Of a DNA stretch of 64,000 nucleotides, positions 15,001 through 28,148 are shown piece after piece (position 1 is the first letter of the stretch; the number at the start of each line of letters is the position of its first letter). A program made the translations under genes and the position numbers. Under the pieces are notes generated by a model. The model did not search any database and was not told the DNA's origin. It worked only from the letters and a program-made list of their open reading frames with translations. Origin of the DNA: Catajapyx aquilonaris (lineage: Eukaryota); assembly GCA_000934665.2 (NCBI GenBank), contig JYFJ02001786.1, forward strand, positions 1 to 64,000, read 5' to 3'.

Positions 15001-18000
15001 ACCTTCTGATGGATTTGCTCAAAGTAACGCGCAAAATAAAAACCCCCGCATGAATCGAAAGCTGCCAAGGAGGAGGGAAAAGGGAGATTAATAGGCAAGT
15101 GGTTGGGAAAACAAAATTCGCACACCAATCGCTGAAAAGAAGAGGGTGGTGGTGGTGGTGGAGAAGTGGAGGAAATGGGGATGCTTTTCCCTCCACAAAC
15201 AGCAGCCGGTGGAAGCAAACTCGATTTTGTCCTGACGAAAATCGGTTCGGATTCTTCCTCAGGGTTTGACGGCCGACAAGGGGTGGGAGGGGGAAAGAGA
15301 GATGCATTCATCCATTTCTTTTCCCCCAAGGCGAGAAGGTAAACACTTGGAACGAAACAGGAAAACGTTGTGCTTGGTCCAAACAAGACAAACATGGCGA
15401 CTCCGGAATATAAGCTGACTGATAGACAGATAGGTAGTGCCTGCTCAGAGAGTATAGAATATATAAACTGGGAGAGCTGACTGTTTGCTGGTTGGCTGAC
15501 TGACTAGATGTGGAGACGAAATTTGCACGGGCCGATTCCATCGCATAAAGCGGTTGCTGCGATTCCTCCTGCGAAACGAGAAGACGGGGAACATGTGCCT
15601 TTTGTGCCAACGATTCCCTCTCCGCATTGGGCTCACCTGAGGCGAACGCGCCAAATTCCAGATCATTATTTCATGGAGAACAAAGCTTCCTCATAATGAT
15701 CCTGTCCTCTTTTCCCTCTACCAGCACAGCCATCGTCCATACTAATTTTGCATATGGACCACGCTCGCCTGCTGCATTGACACCGGACCCAAGTTGGCGT
15801 TCCTGTCACGCACAGTATATGACAAAATGTGGAGGGTTCACACTGCAAGGCGATGAATCGAACCCCCCCACCCTCTCCACTACCCATACACACTATACCA
15901 CCACCATCACCTCCCAACAACTTCTATCAGGCCTCCCTCCCTTGGCTCTACTACTACACCCTCCGGACCCCAACAAGTGTCCTTTGGGAGCTGGTGAGGT
16001 AGAAAGGGTCCCCTCCGGAATAAGCCGGCTCGGTTTCCCAGCACACAGGAGCCCCCAATTGAGAGCCGTAGCGAGGGGATTGGCGGCACAATACCCGACC
16101 AAATACACCGACATTATCCCCGCAAGTTTATGGCCAGTTAGGAATAAAAGCGGGCTTTGTGTCCGGTCCAAGAGGGCGAGCCATGAGAGGTACTTTGGCG
16201 TAAATAGAAGGTGGCCAATACCTTTGCCCAGGTTGGCCCATGCAAGCAGGAGGGACCAACCTAAGAAAATTGATTTGGGTCCGGTCGGTTACCGTCTCAG
16301 GGTCAGGGGGACAACCATGGGATCCCACCCGGATTGATGGTTGCAACGCCTCATGTGTGAACCCAATTCACACCTTGTTGGCTGCCACTAATAGGAGGAA
16401 GGTATGTGAAGGCCAGATATTGACATTTGCTGTGATTTAACAGTTATGGAGTTGGCAACTCTGCCAAAGAGGCCACCCCTGGTGCTGCTGGAAGAGGGGA
16501 AACTGTGGTATCCGAGGCAACCAGCAGCAGCAGAAGAGATGTCCTTTCTCGCCTTCCATCCCCAGTTGCTCTCCCCCTCTCGACTAATGCTCCGGTAAAT
16601 GCTAATGTGGTCGTTACAGTCGCCGCAAAGGGTTTCCCCATTCTAAAGCCCACCAAAGCAGAAGGCCAGCCATGCTGCTGCTCCATAGAAACACTCGCTT
16701 GCCACCAAAAATTACTGCTTTTCGTGCCCATCGGATTAGAGTATCTTAACCAACAACCGACTGATTGAATGAAACTGGTTATAAGTTCAGACCAAGACCA
16801 TGGACACGTTGCGAAAGAAAAGAGTCACGTAGGGGTCATCCGTGGCCAATTCAGGATGGGCCCTCCTGCTGGGGCTGACCACCTCCGGGTGGAAAGCAGC
16901 ACCCTTGGGGAGGTTGTAAAGGAGGCCCGAGGGGACAGGATCTTTCACTCGGTTTGTTTCTTTGTGGCCCCTTTGGTGATCGGTTCCAACCCTGCACAAT
17001 GGCACTATGACAGAATAGTGCACGGGAGCCATAAAGAAAGAAGCATACACAGGTCCAACCATAGAAAGCTGAAAAACTTCTAGTAATCATTAACTGTCAA
17101 CCAAGACCAGGCGTACAATAATATTTCCCGGTTCAAAAATGGTTAAAAATGGCCAATTCTTAGTCACCTTTTGTAGCCTGCAGGAGAGAAGAAAGGTGGT
17201 GTGTAGAGAGAGAGAAAAAAGTGCATGGAAAAGGTGTGTCGAGCACCAAAGAGACGCGTCCCAATCACAAGACATTGGACACGGGCTAATGCAAACGTCG
17301 CCTCTCCCATGCATTCCTTCACCCCTTTTTCCCCAGCATCCAGGCCCGCAAGAGACACCCTGCAGGGTCAGGGGCGTTTGACGACCAGGTGGATCAGGTG
17401 CCTTGTTGCCACATACCATTACCTTGATGTATCCATTTTCGAACACAGACTATGACTTGACACTTGGTCCATTACAATGGAGTCGACTCAATTCTTGGCA
17501 AGCAGCAATTTGTTTGTGGACTCCCACATCGGTTGCCTATTACTCTGCCATGTAAATAACAATAGCTTCATTTTCCTTCGCCACTATTCAAACAGCGCAA
17601 ATTGACAGGAGCGTAGCAACTGTTGCCCATTCATGGGACCACCTGTAAAGCCAATACATGAAACCACAGATGTGCATGGCAGGATATAGACTACACGCGT
17701 GTACACTTCTGCATGTGAGTCAAACCTTTGTGAGTACATGTGAATGTGAGGAATCGTCTATAGAGTGACTAATAATATTTAGAGTCCCGCATATTATGTA
17801 GGCTACTTCAGCCTCTCACAATGTGTACTGTACATCGCAACATACGGTGGCTTGTTCCGCAGAATACTATTTACATGTAGGCCTACAATCGTATCAGTTG
17901 AACTGGACACAGAATCGAGTCTGCAGAGCCACGAGCGAATATTTCAACGTTACTTTGAAAAGTACACACAGTACGCACATGCTGACAATTTCTGCAATAC

Positions 18001-19249
18001 TGGTCTATACAGGCAAAAGCATGTTGATGGGTAGGCTATATACTGTATGCATCTGGCTGTACGTGTATGCGTTATTGTTAAATATATCATTCCCATTCTT
18101 TGTCCAGCACATGAATCATTAGAAACTTTTACAGTAACAGCACTTTGACACATGCAGCAAGGCAGCCGGCATTCACCCATTAAACTGTGGGTTTTATGAA
18201 ATTATTAAATAGTCGGTTTGCATGAAACAAGTTTACTCATTTCAATCATTATATGCTCCTGATGCATGCGAATTTATGATGGTTATTAACTATTCACGCT
18301 CATTCCTGGGCCCAATGCCTCACTGAACATGAAATAATACTTGTACATTATTTATTATTATATTGTTATACAGTATACAATAATTCCTGTAAATGGAAAG
18401 ATCTGCATGATGAATTATACAATTGCAGCATGCAGTTATGGCTCATACAGGTTATGTAACTTCCAAAATGAAGCCAAACATCATTACTTCCAGTGAGCGC
18501 AGAAGTCATGCAGACAATTGGTCAGCCACCATCACAAAGGGAAGACGGTCAAATTGGTGAATTCGTCGCCTGGGACTTTCAAGTTCTTGTAAAAATTTTA
18601 AGACAATTAATTTTGGTAAATCTGGTTACAAATAGAGCGAAAGTGATCAAACACTTGTTTAATTTTTTCGCCCACGTGAATATGTAATCTCCAAACATCC
18701 ACAGTAAAGTAGGCTATACTGTACAGTAGTCTACTCAGTAGAACATTTGGCATCATTGACGTGTGAGAAGACTGATGTATAAAGTCCGGCTTCAGAATGA
18801 ACTCGGATGAGATATCCGCACGAAACCTCCCCGTATATTTGTTTACTAATATAAAACATTTGCCAAAGCTCCAGGTAAATTATGCAACACAATTTGCATA
18901 GTAATCCTACAACTGTACGAATACTATAATATCAATATCTTCGCTTACAGTCCTACTGCCGCCATGATGTAAGGTCCATTGTAAGCTAAACAATAATTAC
19001 TGCCTGTTGTTCGCCTTTCCCCATATAGGCATACCGCAAACAGACCCATTATTTCGCTTTATTTTGACACCCTACTCCACATAAAGCATAAGACACCCCA
19101 AGTTAGCACTTGTTGCTTCCCCCAAAAATCGGTCTCCCAAAACCCCCAAAAAACCTTAATCTTCCTGGACCCTCTAAATCCCCCTATTTAGTCCCCCGGA
19201 TAAAACTCCCCGTATATACATGTATACATATATGAAAAAACAAGCAAGC

Positions 19250-19560
19250 GAGAGAAAGCGCGCTTCTCTGACCGTGTGGATCCGACCCGACCAGATTCCG
19301 CGGGATCCCCCCCATGATCCCCCCACCCCCTGCCCCCCTCTCTCTAGAATTACCATGACAACGGGGGAAGGTGATCCGGAGGGGCCGCACCAATCCGGCC
19401 GTTTGGGGCTCGGCCCCAGCCGCGCATCCCCATTGGCCGCAGCAGCCCGTGACGTCACAGGGTGACAAATGGTGCGTGCTCGGCGTACAAAACACGCCTA
19501 TTCCGGCAGCACACGGCACCCAGGGAAGGAAGGAAAGAGCCAGCCCTCCTCGTCCCACCA
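19250..19560 (+). promoter_or_regulatory. Probable promoter of the Sox gene (GC/CpG-rich island with two CCAAT boxes and a CRE/ATF palindrome)
   Basis: Local CpG-rich island. CCAAT at 19390-19394, reverse CCAAT (ATTGG) at 19432-19436, perfect palindrome GTGACGTCAC at 19449-19458. Followed by a strong splice donor at 19795/19796. The link to the Sox gene is inferred. Confidence 0.55.
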
Positions 19561-19795
19561 CAACCATCACCCCAGAGAGAAGAAGAAGAAGAAGTAGAAG
19601 AAGAAGGTTTCCTTCCCCTTACCACCACCACCGATCGTCCCTAGGACTGTAGACTGCGTGTCACCTAGCCCATCCGGGTGTTGCGGACTGGACTCTTGTG
19701 TTGGGGAGAGTGAAGGAGGTCCAAGTGTTCGGGTTGTCATGTGCTGGTGATTTTTCACCACAAGAAGCAGCCATTCAGGATCACGTGCAGCATAG
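19480..19795 (+). other. Sox21b: Putative first (5' UTR) exon of the Sox gene; start position approximate
   Basis: Donor AG|GTATGT at 19795/19796 lies downstream of the promoter-like island. The first coding exon is preceded by a clear acceptor (branch point CTAAC 27575-27579, TTATTCTTGCAG ending 27606), so an upstream exon is expected. Implied intron 19796-27606. Confidence 0.5.
19578..19606 (+). repeat. Imperfect (GAA)n microsatellite in the putative 5' UTR
   Basis: AGAAGAAGAAGAAGAAGTAGAAGAAGAAG read directly. Confidence 0.9.
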
Positions 19796-22700
19796 GTATG
19801 TCGAGATTACGTTTGTGTGGGGTTTGATTTGTGTGCGGACTGAAATAGACGGTACGGCGGAGACAGGCACAGCTGCCTCGGGCTGTGTAGCACGTTATGG
19901 ATTGACGCAAATGGGGGTATTGTTAGGAATCGTGGGGAGCAGTTGCGACCGAATGTGGGGCGAGTTGTGCTTCGTTATAGCAGAGAAATAATAATGTTAC
20001 CGGGTAACGTTAGTAGTGCAGTTTCTTTGGCAATAATAGGATAGCAGATGTGTTGAGTAAGGATTCATCGTGTTCGAAGCCTACCAGAATGCGTTGTGAT
20101 GATGAAAGTTAGAGAATATGCCCGGGTTGTACCGGCACCTCGAAACGGAATCAGATCTGTACAAAGCACTAACTGTAAATTTTAACCTGCTATAGGGACT
20201 GAATATGACTATTTTCGAGAACTTGACATCAGGTTAGTCAGTAATGAAGTACTGCTGTACATGGATATCATGTGAGATATATTGCTTGTAGTTAGATAAT
20301 TCAGTACTCAAATTACGAAGCAATAAATCTGGCACTCCGCCACATATTCCCAATCGAGTGGTTATCAACGGCTATAGTAAACCATGTTTCATATAGGAAG
20401 CCAGCCTTATTGATTGGCAATTGGATATAGGAGTTATGGCTATATCACGCGTCCAGAGATTAAAAATATTTGTATCTGCATGTGAAATTTATATCCCAAA
20501 AAAAGGGCATTACCCCAAACTCCAGTATTACATGTGAGTGACCAATCACATCACGGATCATAGGGCAAGTACTTTGGCTTTGTGGGAGAAATACTCGTGT
20601 CGCCCGCAGCATATTTTATAGTACACTTGTAACTGTTCAGGTACGTGTTCGGTTTTATTTTTGGGAGTCCTCGTGACTCGTGATCTTTTACCATACATGC
20701 ATACTCATTTGACAAAAACGTAATGTTATCGAGTGAAAGGTCGTAGGAAGCTTTTATCCTGAAGCACTCCAACATTTTATGCCCAGAGAATAATTTTGAA
20801 GTGTTTGTACAGATTTGCATAATGACAATATTTTAATCTGCATTTAATCTTCCCTCCCCTAATGCTCGATGATTCCATGTCGCATACTGTATATGCCAGA
20901 TGTGAAAATAATGTGGGTAATTTTCAATAGTGGGCCTACAATGAAGTATCTGCATGCGATATTTGAAAATGTGGAAGAAAATCTACCTACCAGCCCTTAC
21001 TAATATACTAAATGCTTTAAGGTGTCAGAATAATGCGCCGTAAATTTACTTATTATCCGTTACTCAAATTGCTAATGGCCGTTTAACAGACTATTGTGAA
21101 ACTTATTGCAAAATTTACACGTTCAAAATTAGGCAACAGACACCTATTAATGACACAAAATTATAAAACTAAAAAATCGAATAAAATCAAACATCTGGAA
21201 AACCACACGGCTCAAACACTCCTTAACTCGAAAGAACCCGGTTTAATCCCCTATTAAATCCAGACCTATTCCTCCCCCGCTGTAGCACCCATATATTTGA
21301 AATAAAATAGAGAGGAAAAAGTGGTACATCTGGATCAAATCACTCGGTTGGCGCCCCCTCCCTTGCACCCTTCACTGTTTGCCCCCGGTTTCACGAACAA
21401 ATTATATGCCATCACGGAACGGTTGTGGAAATTATAGGCCTAGCCCGCGACGCAAGAATATATTCGATAATGACAACCCCGTGGTATATAGTCTTTTTGC
21501 TTGTACACGTTTCATGCGGAGGAAACCAATAATTCAGTAATTCCTGTGATTACCCACCGAAATGAGCCAGCTACTTGCGGTTTTCGGGAGGCGGTTCTAG
21601 AATTAAGCCCGGTTCAAAGGACCTCGTGCCAATAGTGTACATATCTTATTTTTTTGGCTATGAGTCGAGCACAAACAGTCTCCCTTTTCTTTTCTTACTC
21701 CACAAGCGGCATTTATACTAAATAAGGGCACGATGTGTATCTGCCGGCAATTTGGTTGGTCTACTGAAAAATTAAAAAAAAACGAAGGGGGGGAAAATAC
21801 CGGTAGCGATATGGGCGGTACCCTACGGCACCTAATCGCATAGACAATGCATGTTTCATTTGTGGGGAGCCGACTAATAATATGCAAGTGCAGAGGGGGA
21901 AAGAAGTACCCACAGCTGGGGATTTGCAGGGCATATCTGTCGGTGTTTGCTCGTGTACATTGACCGGTACATATGTATAGTATGAGCTCACATATGTCCG
22001 AGTAACATAGATTGTTTGCTTGCAGATCGGAGATAGACGGATGTAATAATTTCCGGCGTGAATTATCCTGTGTCCATTGCAACATTGCAAATATGTGCCA
22101 GAGTTAAATGTGTGTGTCTTTTAGGCGTGGGCGTGAAATATAACACGCTTCCAAAAAATCGGCTGGAGGTAATAATACGATTGTTCGACAGTAGAGCCAA
22201 CAGGCTAACAGGAAAGTCCACAACTGAAGACCTGTAAACAGTCAGAGAACTATTGAATTATTCTGGTTCAGGGTTTGAAGATTGAAATCGGTACCGGAAA
22301 CGGATATATTTATCGGAAAACTTGACCATAAGAAATCGATCTGCATTTTGAGTCTTCGAATGGTGTTGATATTTTTGGAAACCGGTTCGATATGCTGTGT
22401 TTTATGCTAATGCGTCTTTTTTTGCGCAATAGTCGATTGATCACCTCGGAATGTTATTTTGGGGTAATAATAGCACCTCTCATGTGAAACATGGAACGTT
22501 CATGTAGAACACTATTAATTTCGCGGAGTAGTTTTGAATAACGTATGGGGGAAGCCAGCAATAATTACATACCATACGTGTCCATATATGCGGCGCCCTT
22601 CTAGGCGAGTCGACGTGCGGAAAATGAACCATACTTACAGTAATTCTATATTTTGGTATACTGCACGTCCTTTATACCATCGAGTTAAATGATATTCCTG

Positions 22701-25275
22701 GCAATGTTACGTAGGCCCTATATGTGTGTGTCAAAATTGAAATACTGTAGATGCCACTAATGTGTTACAAGAAAAAAATTACTAAGTTCAACATCGATTT
22801 ATGTGCATTTAATTAGCATTTATCGACAATATATGCCAGAATAAATTATCATAATAATAATATTGTCATTAACGTAATTTTCTTCGATGGAATGCTGCAA
22901 GAGAAATGATCGCCGCAATGAGCACAATAGTAGTGCAATAAAGCACCAGCAAAACATTTTAATACTATGCAATTAGTGTACCAATATAATCGTAGTTGGT
23001 TTCAGGCTGGCTCCAGACTGAAAAAAGAAACTAATCTAAGACTACGTTATTGGGTGCATATTACAATATTTACGGCGTTTTAAACACACGATATTGACTA
23101 ATTACAATTGCTCTTTGTGTCTACATGATTTATAAGATAACCGTCGTAAAAAAAACTATTTGTCAAAGACAGTTACTTTTTAGTCTCTGTAAAATATTGC
23201 AATATTAGCCGTACTTAATAGCCCCAAAGAAATTGGCGATTTAGGTTTGATACTAGCATTGCAATTTTAGAAATTATACACCCCGTTGTAGTCTACAAGT
23301 TATTACGAACTGATCCATAGTTAATAGGCAGGCTAATAGGCTGTCGAAACGGCAGGTATTAACTTGATGCAAACTACAACAATAACCATGTAAACGATTT
23401 GTATCACAAAAGGATGGCAAATCATTATAGTGTACCGCACTATAAAATATACGCTACATCCATTGTATTCCAAACAAAATATTTCCGGTCCGATAAACTG
23501 GAAAATCAAGCGTTTCACAAAGTACCGAACTGGCTGAATCGCACCGAAATCCTCCATAAACTCATGCATAAACCCCAAAATCTGTCCTCTATTAAAAATA
23601 ATCATCGTGAGATGTTCAGCTCCAAATGAAAAAAAAAAATCAAATGCGAACGATTGGATATTATTACCACCCCACAGAAAAAACTCGGCTCACACATTGA
23701 CAATATTCAACCCGATTAACGATTGCGCCTCCCCCTATACATTCCCCCTCTCCCCACAACTTCCCATGCAGTCAGTATAGCCCTCGACTCTTCCGCTGAT
23801 GGTGCTGTGTTGGCCCATCGAGATTCGCCAATAACCAATGACAAGTTGGGAAGAGCTTCCCATTAATTGCACAGCCAGCCCGTGCAGCACCAGGGGGCAG
23901 CACAACAGCCCTCCTCTCCCCATGTCACGTGGCAGGCCATTTCCCGCCTAAAGAACAAAGGGCACGTCCATATTTCTGACGCGCCCAATTGTTGGTCAAC
24001 CCATAGGAAAATGACGTTTTTAAAGGTCGCTGCCATGTTGCCTGATAGTCCCCCCCCCCCCCAAAAAAAAAAANAAAAAAAAACCTCTGGTTCCTTACTA
24101 AATACAGTTGATTCAACCCGTTCGAAATATTCCACCAGCAGCATACCCCACATACAAACTTGGCGGTTGAAACTTTACGACCTTCAAGCCCTGATTAATT
24201 ACCCAGGAATTTTAGGACCGGACTCTTTTGAAATTCCATTCCAACCTATAAGCGACTCTGGAGACGCCCATCAAAAGCAAATTTAGCGCTCACCTCCAGT
24301 TATTTGGCGCATCAGTCACAAAATGTGTCCCTGGCTTATTCCATGAAGTTGTGGTTATCAATAATTCAGATTGAGCGTGCACCGTTTCTTTATGTCCAGA
24401 TATTGACTCGGATTTACTCACATGGGGCAGGTAATCATCAGTGGACTGGGAATATAATTATTCATCGGCATAGGGAGAAAGGACTGAGCTTAGACTGAAT
24501 GTAAGGGTGAAGGGGGGAAGGTAGGGCTCCCCCTGCTCGCACCTGGGGCTCCCTCAACACCTGCCCTGTTGCAACTGACCCATTCGACAAAAGCCGCCCA
24601 CAACTTCACGCCTACCTGGCATATTCTCAGGTTTGATCAGGCGCAGATTTGTTGGGTCAGCTGGGCTGTGTAGGGAAAGGAGGAATTTGTGCCAAATTGG
24701 TGTTTTAGTCGGATGTTTTGAATTGTTGGAGAACAATGTACAGGTGGGATTTGAAATAAACGTGGCCTGTGCAAGCAAATTATAAAAACAGGTTGACCAT
24801 GTTTTTGTGGGTTTTTGCAAAATTGGCCGTTTTGAAGAAACGTGGGACCATAAAAAGGGCAATTTTCCAAAGTGGTCAATAATAAACAATGATCAAAAAC
24901 GCTCATAATCATGCATACCAATACCTTTTGTTTCTTTTGATAATTTTCATCGATATTAAATTTGAAATAGTTCAATGATTTACTAGCATGATCTACTGTA
25001 GTTGAGCGCTCTGGTTTCCAGCACGAAACTAATAAAAAGTTATTAATCATAGCTTGGATGCAGCATGCCGATTAATAAAGAAATATAAAAAAATTGCAAA
25101 TGATTTGCCTTCTCTATTAATATACAATATGTATGGTTGTGGCAAACTTGCACGGGTGTCAATATAACTTATGCAAAAGCAACATTTTGAATTTTGAGGA
25201 ATTATTGATTTCCCAAGTCTTTGCAGAAATAATCACTCCATCACATATACACGGATATGATGTTATCGCAATATT

Positions 25276-25332
25276 TATTTATTTATATTTATTTACGTCA
25301 CCCCCATTTTAGGGCTGGGCCCTTTTAGCGGG
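25276..25332 (-). mobile_element. Severely 5'-truncated non-LTR retroelement (LINE/SINE) 3' end with TSD, in intron 1
   Basis: Flanked by direct repeats GATGTTATCGCAATATT (25259-25275) and GATGTTATTGCAATATT (25333-25349), 16/17 identical. The minus-strand insert has an AGGGC-CCA-GCCCT stem-loop followed by a (TAAA)n-like tail. Confidence 0.7.
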
Positions 25333-27628
25333 GATGTTATTGCAATATTGTAACCTATACTATTATAGTTACACAAACTTTATATGCCCGAAAAGCCATG
25401 ATTGTAATATACGTAAGTGTACTTTACCCGAATCTGCTATAAATTCAATTATTATCAGAAGGTGGAAATTTATGTAGAATTTAACTTTGTTACATTTTTC
25501 AACATACCATTGCACCGTCACATATTAGGCGGTGGCAATACTTGAGAGGAATTTTCTGAAATAATATCAGCGCATTTCATTGCGTAGACGGCATATTTCT
25601 ACAGGTAGAGCTAGGCGTTTCTTCAACTACTGAGGCAATCGCACTTTAATTACGCTTCAAAGAGTACTACAAATTGAAGAAAGAGTTTGATAGACAACGG
25701 TAAAAATGAAATTAGTGCCGTATCATGCAGGATTTATTAGTCCTCTAATAACCAAAATAAACAAAAAACTGTGAAGCAGCTATGTCAGTATTTCTGCAGA
25801 TTTTTTTCTTGCATAAACAATTTATTGTTTGAAAAACTACAAAAATACGTACCTGCTCCGAATGATAGGCGTTATGGTGCTGTGCCTGACGTAAACAACT
25901 ATAGGGTAATTATTTTATAGTCCATCGAATTGTGGGTCAGAAAATTTGCTAAACAATGGAAAATATATGGCCAGTGTCAATTGGATTGAACTACTGCAGA
26001 TAAACAAGTCAATACACTTGATAAGACGCAAAATCCGACGGGAAGGCGGACGAAAGGAAGTTCGAGAAAATAATATCGTGCATCAGGTCCCGGGAGTACC
26101 TTCGCGAGCCCCCCTGTCAGTCCCGATTATTGAGTCCAAACAGTCTAAAAGGAGAGGAAAGATGGGGAACTCTATAGCATCCCTCAAAGAAATGCATGAT
26201 TATTCATTTAAACCCCCTTTTTCTGGATTCAATTCTGTGTTTTTAGTTCTGCTGCACCTAATTTTTATGGCCTAACTAGTGTTGCGGGAATATGATTTCT
26301 GTAGGGATGCAAGTGATAATTTTATGTAAGTTATAAATCTAGGAAATATTCATGCATAAAAATCATTACCACCCGGCAACTTTGTTACAACTTCCAACCA
26401 CTTTGTGATAGGTTATAACTTACATGAATATACCGTCCGCCCACCTTACCGCAGCAATCATGGCCTAGATCCTGGATAAATAGAAATGTCGAAGATTATA
26501 CATTTTGAAGGTGCACCTAACTTTATGTAGCAACTTGCAGTAAATGTAATAACATAGTAATGTTGCTCAATTTTTATACAATAACCGTGTCATATACGAA
26601 ACGGCGATTGAAGAAGGGAGAGAAAGGCCATTAATGCATCATCCCGTATATGTTTTAAGGCAACGCACGATGTTTGAAAATTTGCACGATTCCATCCAAA
26701 CCGCTTTTCTCTTGTCACATCGCGCTTTCTGAAGAGCCCAACTTTCCAACCCGCCTTCCAAGGTAAATAACAAGCATGCCGTTACCCCAAAAAGTACCTT
26801 AACACCCTCCAAATTCAAACAGAGGAAATGAAAATCTGAAAACGCTGAAGGCCCGTTTCATTTCCGCCAACAAAACGAAAGAACCATCATCGTACACATA
26901 TCTGGCACGCCGCACCGTAATACAGTAATATCCTGTAAAGCAATCCAGAAAAGGCTTGATGCTCCACTCCCTACCGCATCTGTTATGTGAAACGGTTTTA
27001 ATCCGAAGGATTGCTAATGAAGCAAAATGGAGAAGCAATTAGGGCTCAGTTCCATACCAATCCTTCGGGAGTCGCCTGTTGCATGTCTGCTGCATTTATC
27101 TCAGAATGGTTTCGATTCAACATTGCGGCAAACTCAATTACTGCATAGTGAACGATTGACGACGCGATAAGTCAGCACTGTCATATTATCCATGATTTCA
27201 TATTCGGACGTGATGTTTCATGATTCGCCAAAGTCTAATTTAATATTTATTTATCAGCATATAGCTAACATGATATTACATCTAAAATCACTGACTTCCG
27301 TTTTTTGAACTATAGATTTCTGTGATACGACTTTATGGATTCCATTATTTTGAGTAACTTGTGTGCAAGGTTCTCCCGTCAAAATGTCAATAACACGCAT
27401 TTCCCCTCGACATAGTAATTGCCCACGACGGTTGATTCCGCCAGAATCGTTTCATTTGGAGCTTTTACAACTTAATTTTCTCGAAGGCCTGACAGCATTA
27501 AATTATTTACAAGCTTGCTATCACATCAACTCCCCAGTTAGCCAGGGTGACATCATAACTTGTGTCCTGGCAGCCTAACCCCGAATGTTCCGACTTATTC
27601 TTGCAGCTTTGCCTCGACAATTCTGAGC

Positions 27629-27881
27629 ATGTGCGAGGGAGGAGCCACGTACGGTGGCTCTACGGACCGGCTGATGTCCATGGCCACGGTGCCAGGGCTA
27701 TCCGGCCATTCCCCTATGGCGCAACAATGCTCCCCGCCGGGTGGCTCCAGCGGGAAGAAGATCGACGACGACCACATCAAGCGTCCCATGAACGCCTTCA
27801 TGGTCTGGTCCAGAATGCAAAGGAGAAAGATCGCCCAGGAGAACCCCAAGATGCACAACTCTGAGATCAGCAAAAGACTCG
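27629..27881 (+). CDS. Sox21b: SoxB HMG-box transcription factor (Sox21b-like), coding exon 1: N-terminus and first part of the HMG box
   Basis: Translates MCEGG...[38 protein letters not shown](G), containing the Sox signature RPMNAFMVW. Ends at a phase-1 donor G|GTACGT. The exon begins at acceptor 27607. The first in-frame ATG is 27629; in-frame Mets shortly downstream are alternative starts. Confidence 0.93.
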
Positions 27882-27953
27882 GTACGTTCCTTTACAACCG
27901 GTTTTAAGACCACATGTGTGCTGGTACATAATTGAAGTGATTTGTACCAACAG

Positions 27954-28148
27954 GAGCGGAATGGAAGCTTCTGACCGAGGAAGAAAAGAGGCCGTTCATC
28001 GACGAGGCTAAGAGGCTGAGGGCGCAGCACATGAGGGATCATCCTGATTACAAGTACCGGCCAAGAAGAAAGCCAAAGCCGGCCAAGAAGGATGGCTACC
28101 CTTATGCACTGCCATATCCTTCCGTACCTGTGGATGCGCTGCGTGCCG
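27954..28148 (+). CDS. Sox21b: Sox21b-like coding exon 2: rest of the HMG box and group-B basic tail
   Basis: After a 72-bp GT-AG intron (27882-27953) the frame continues (G)[64 protein letters not shown](G). Donor G|GTGAGT at 28148/28149. RKIAQ, LTEEEK and the YPSVPxxALRAG motif match my recollection of insect Sox21b. Dichaete and SoxNeuro are typically intronless. Confidence 0.95.

Noticed and set aside
15501..15520. TGACTAGAT matching the 5' end of miR-279 family miRNAs
   Set aside because: The rest of the mature sequence does not match and I see no precursor hairpin.
15627..16337. 236-aa ORF
   Set aside because: Non-ATG start and no recognisable family. Consistent with a chance ORF in a GC-richer non-coding block.
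24049..24083. Poly-C/poly-A run with an N at 24074
   Set aside because: Homopolymer with an assembly ambiguity, not a feature.
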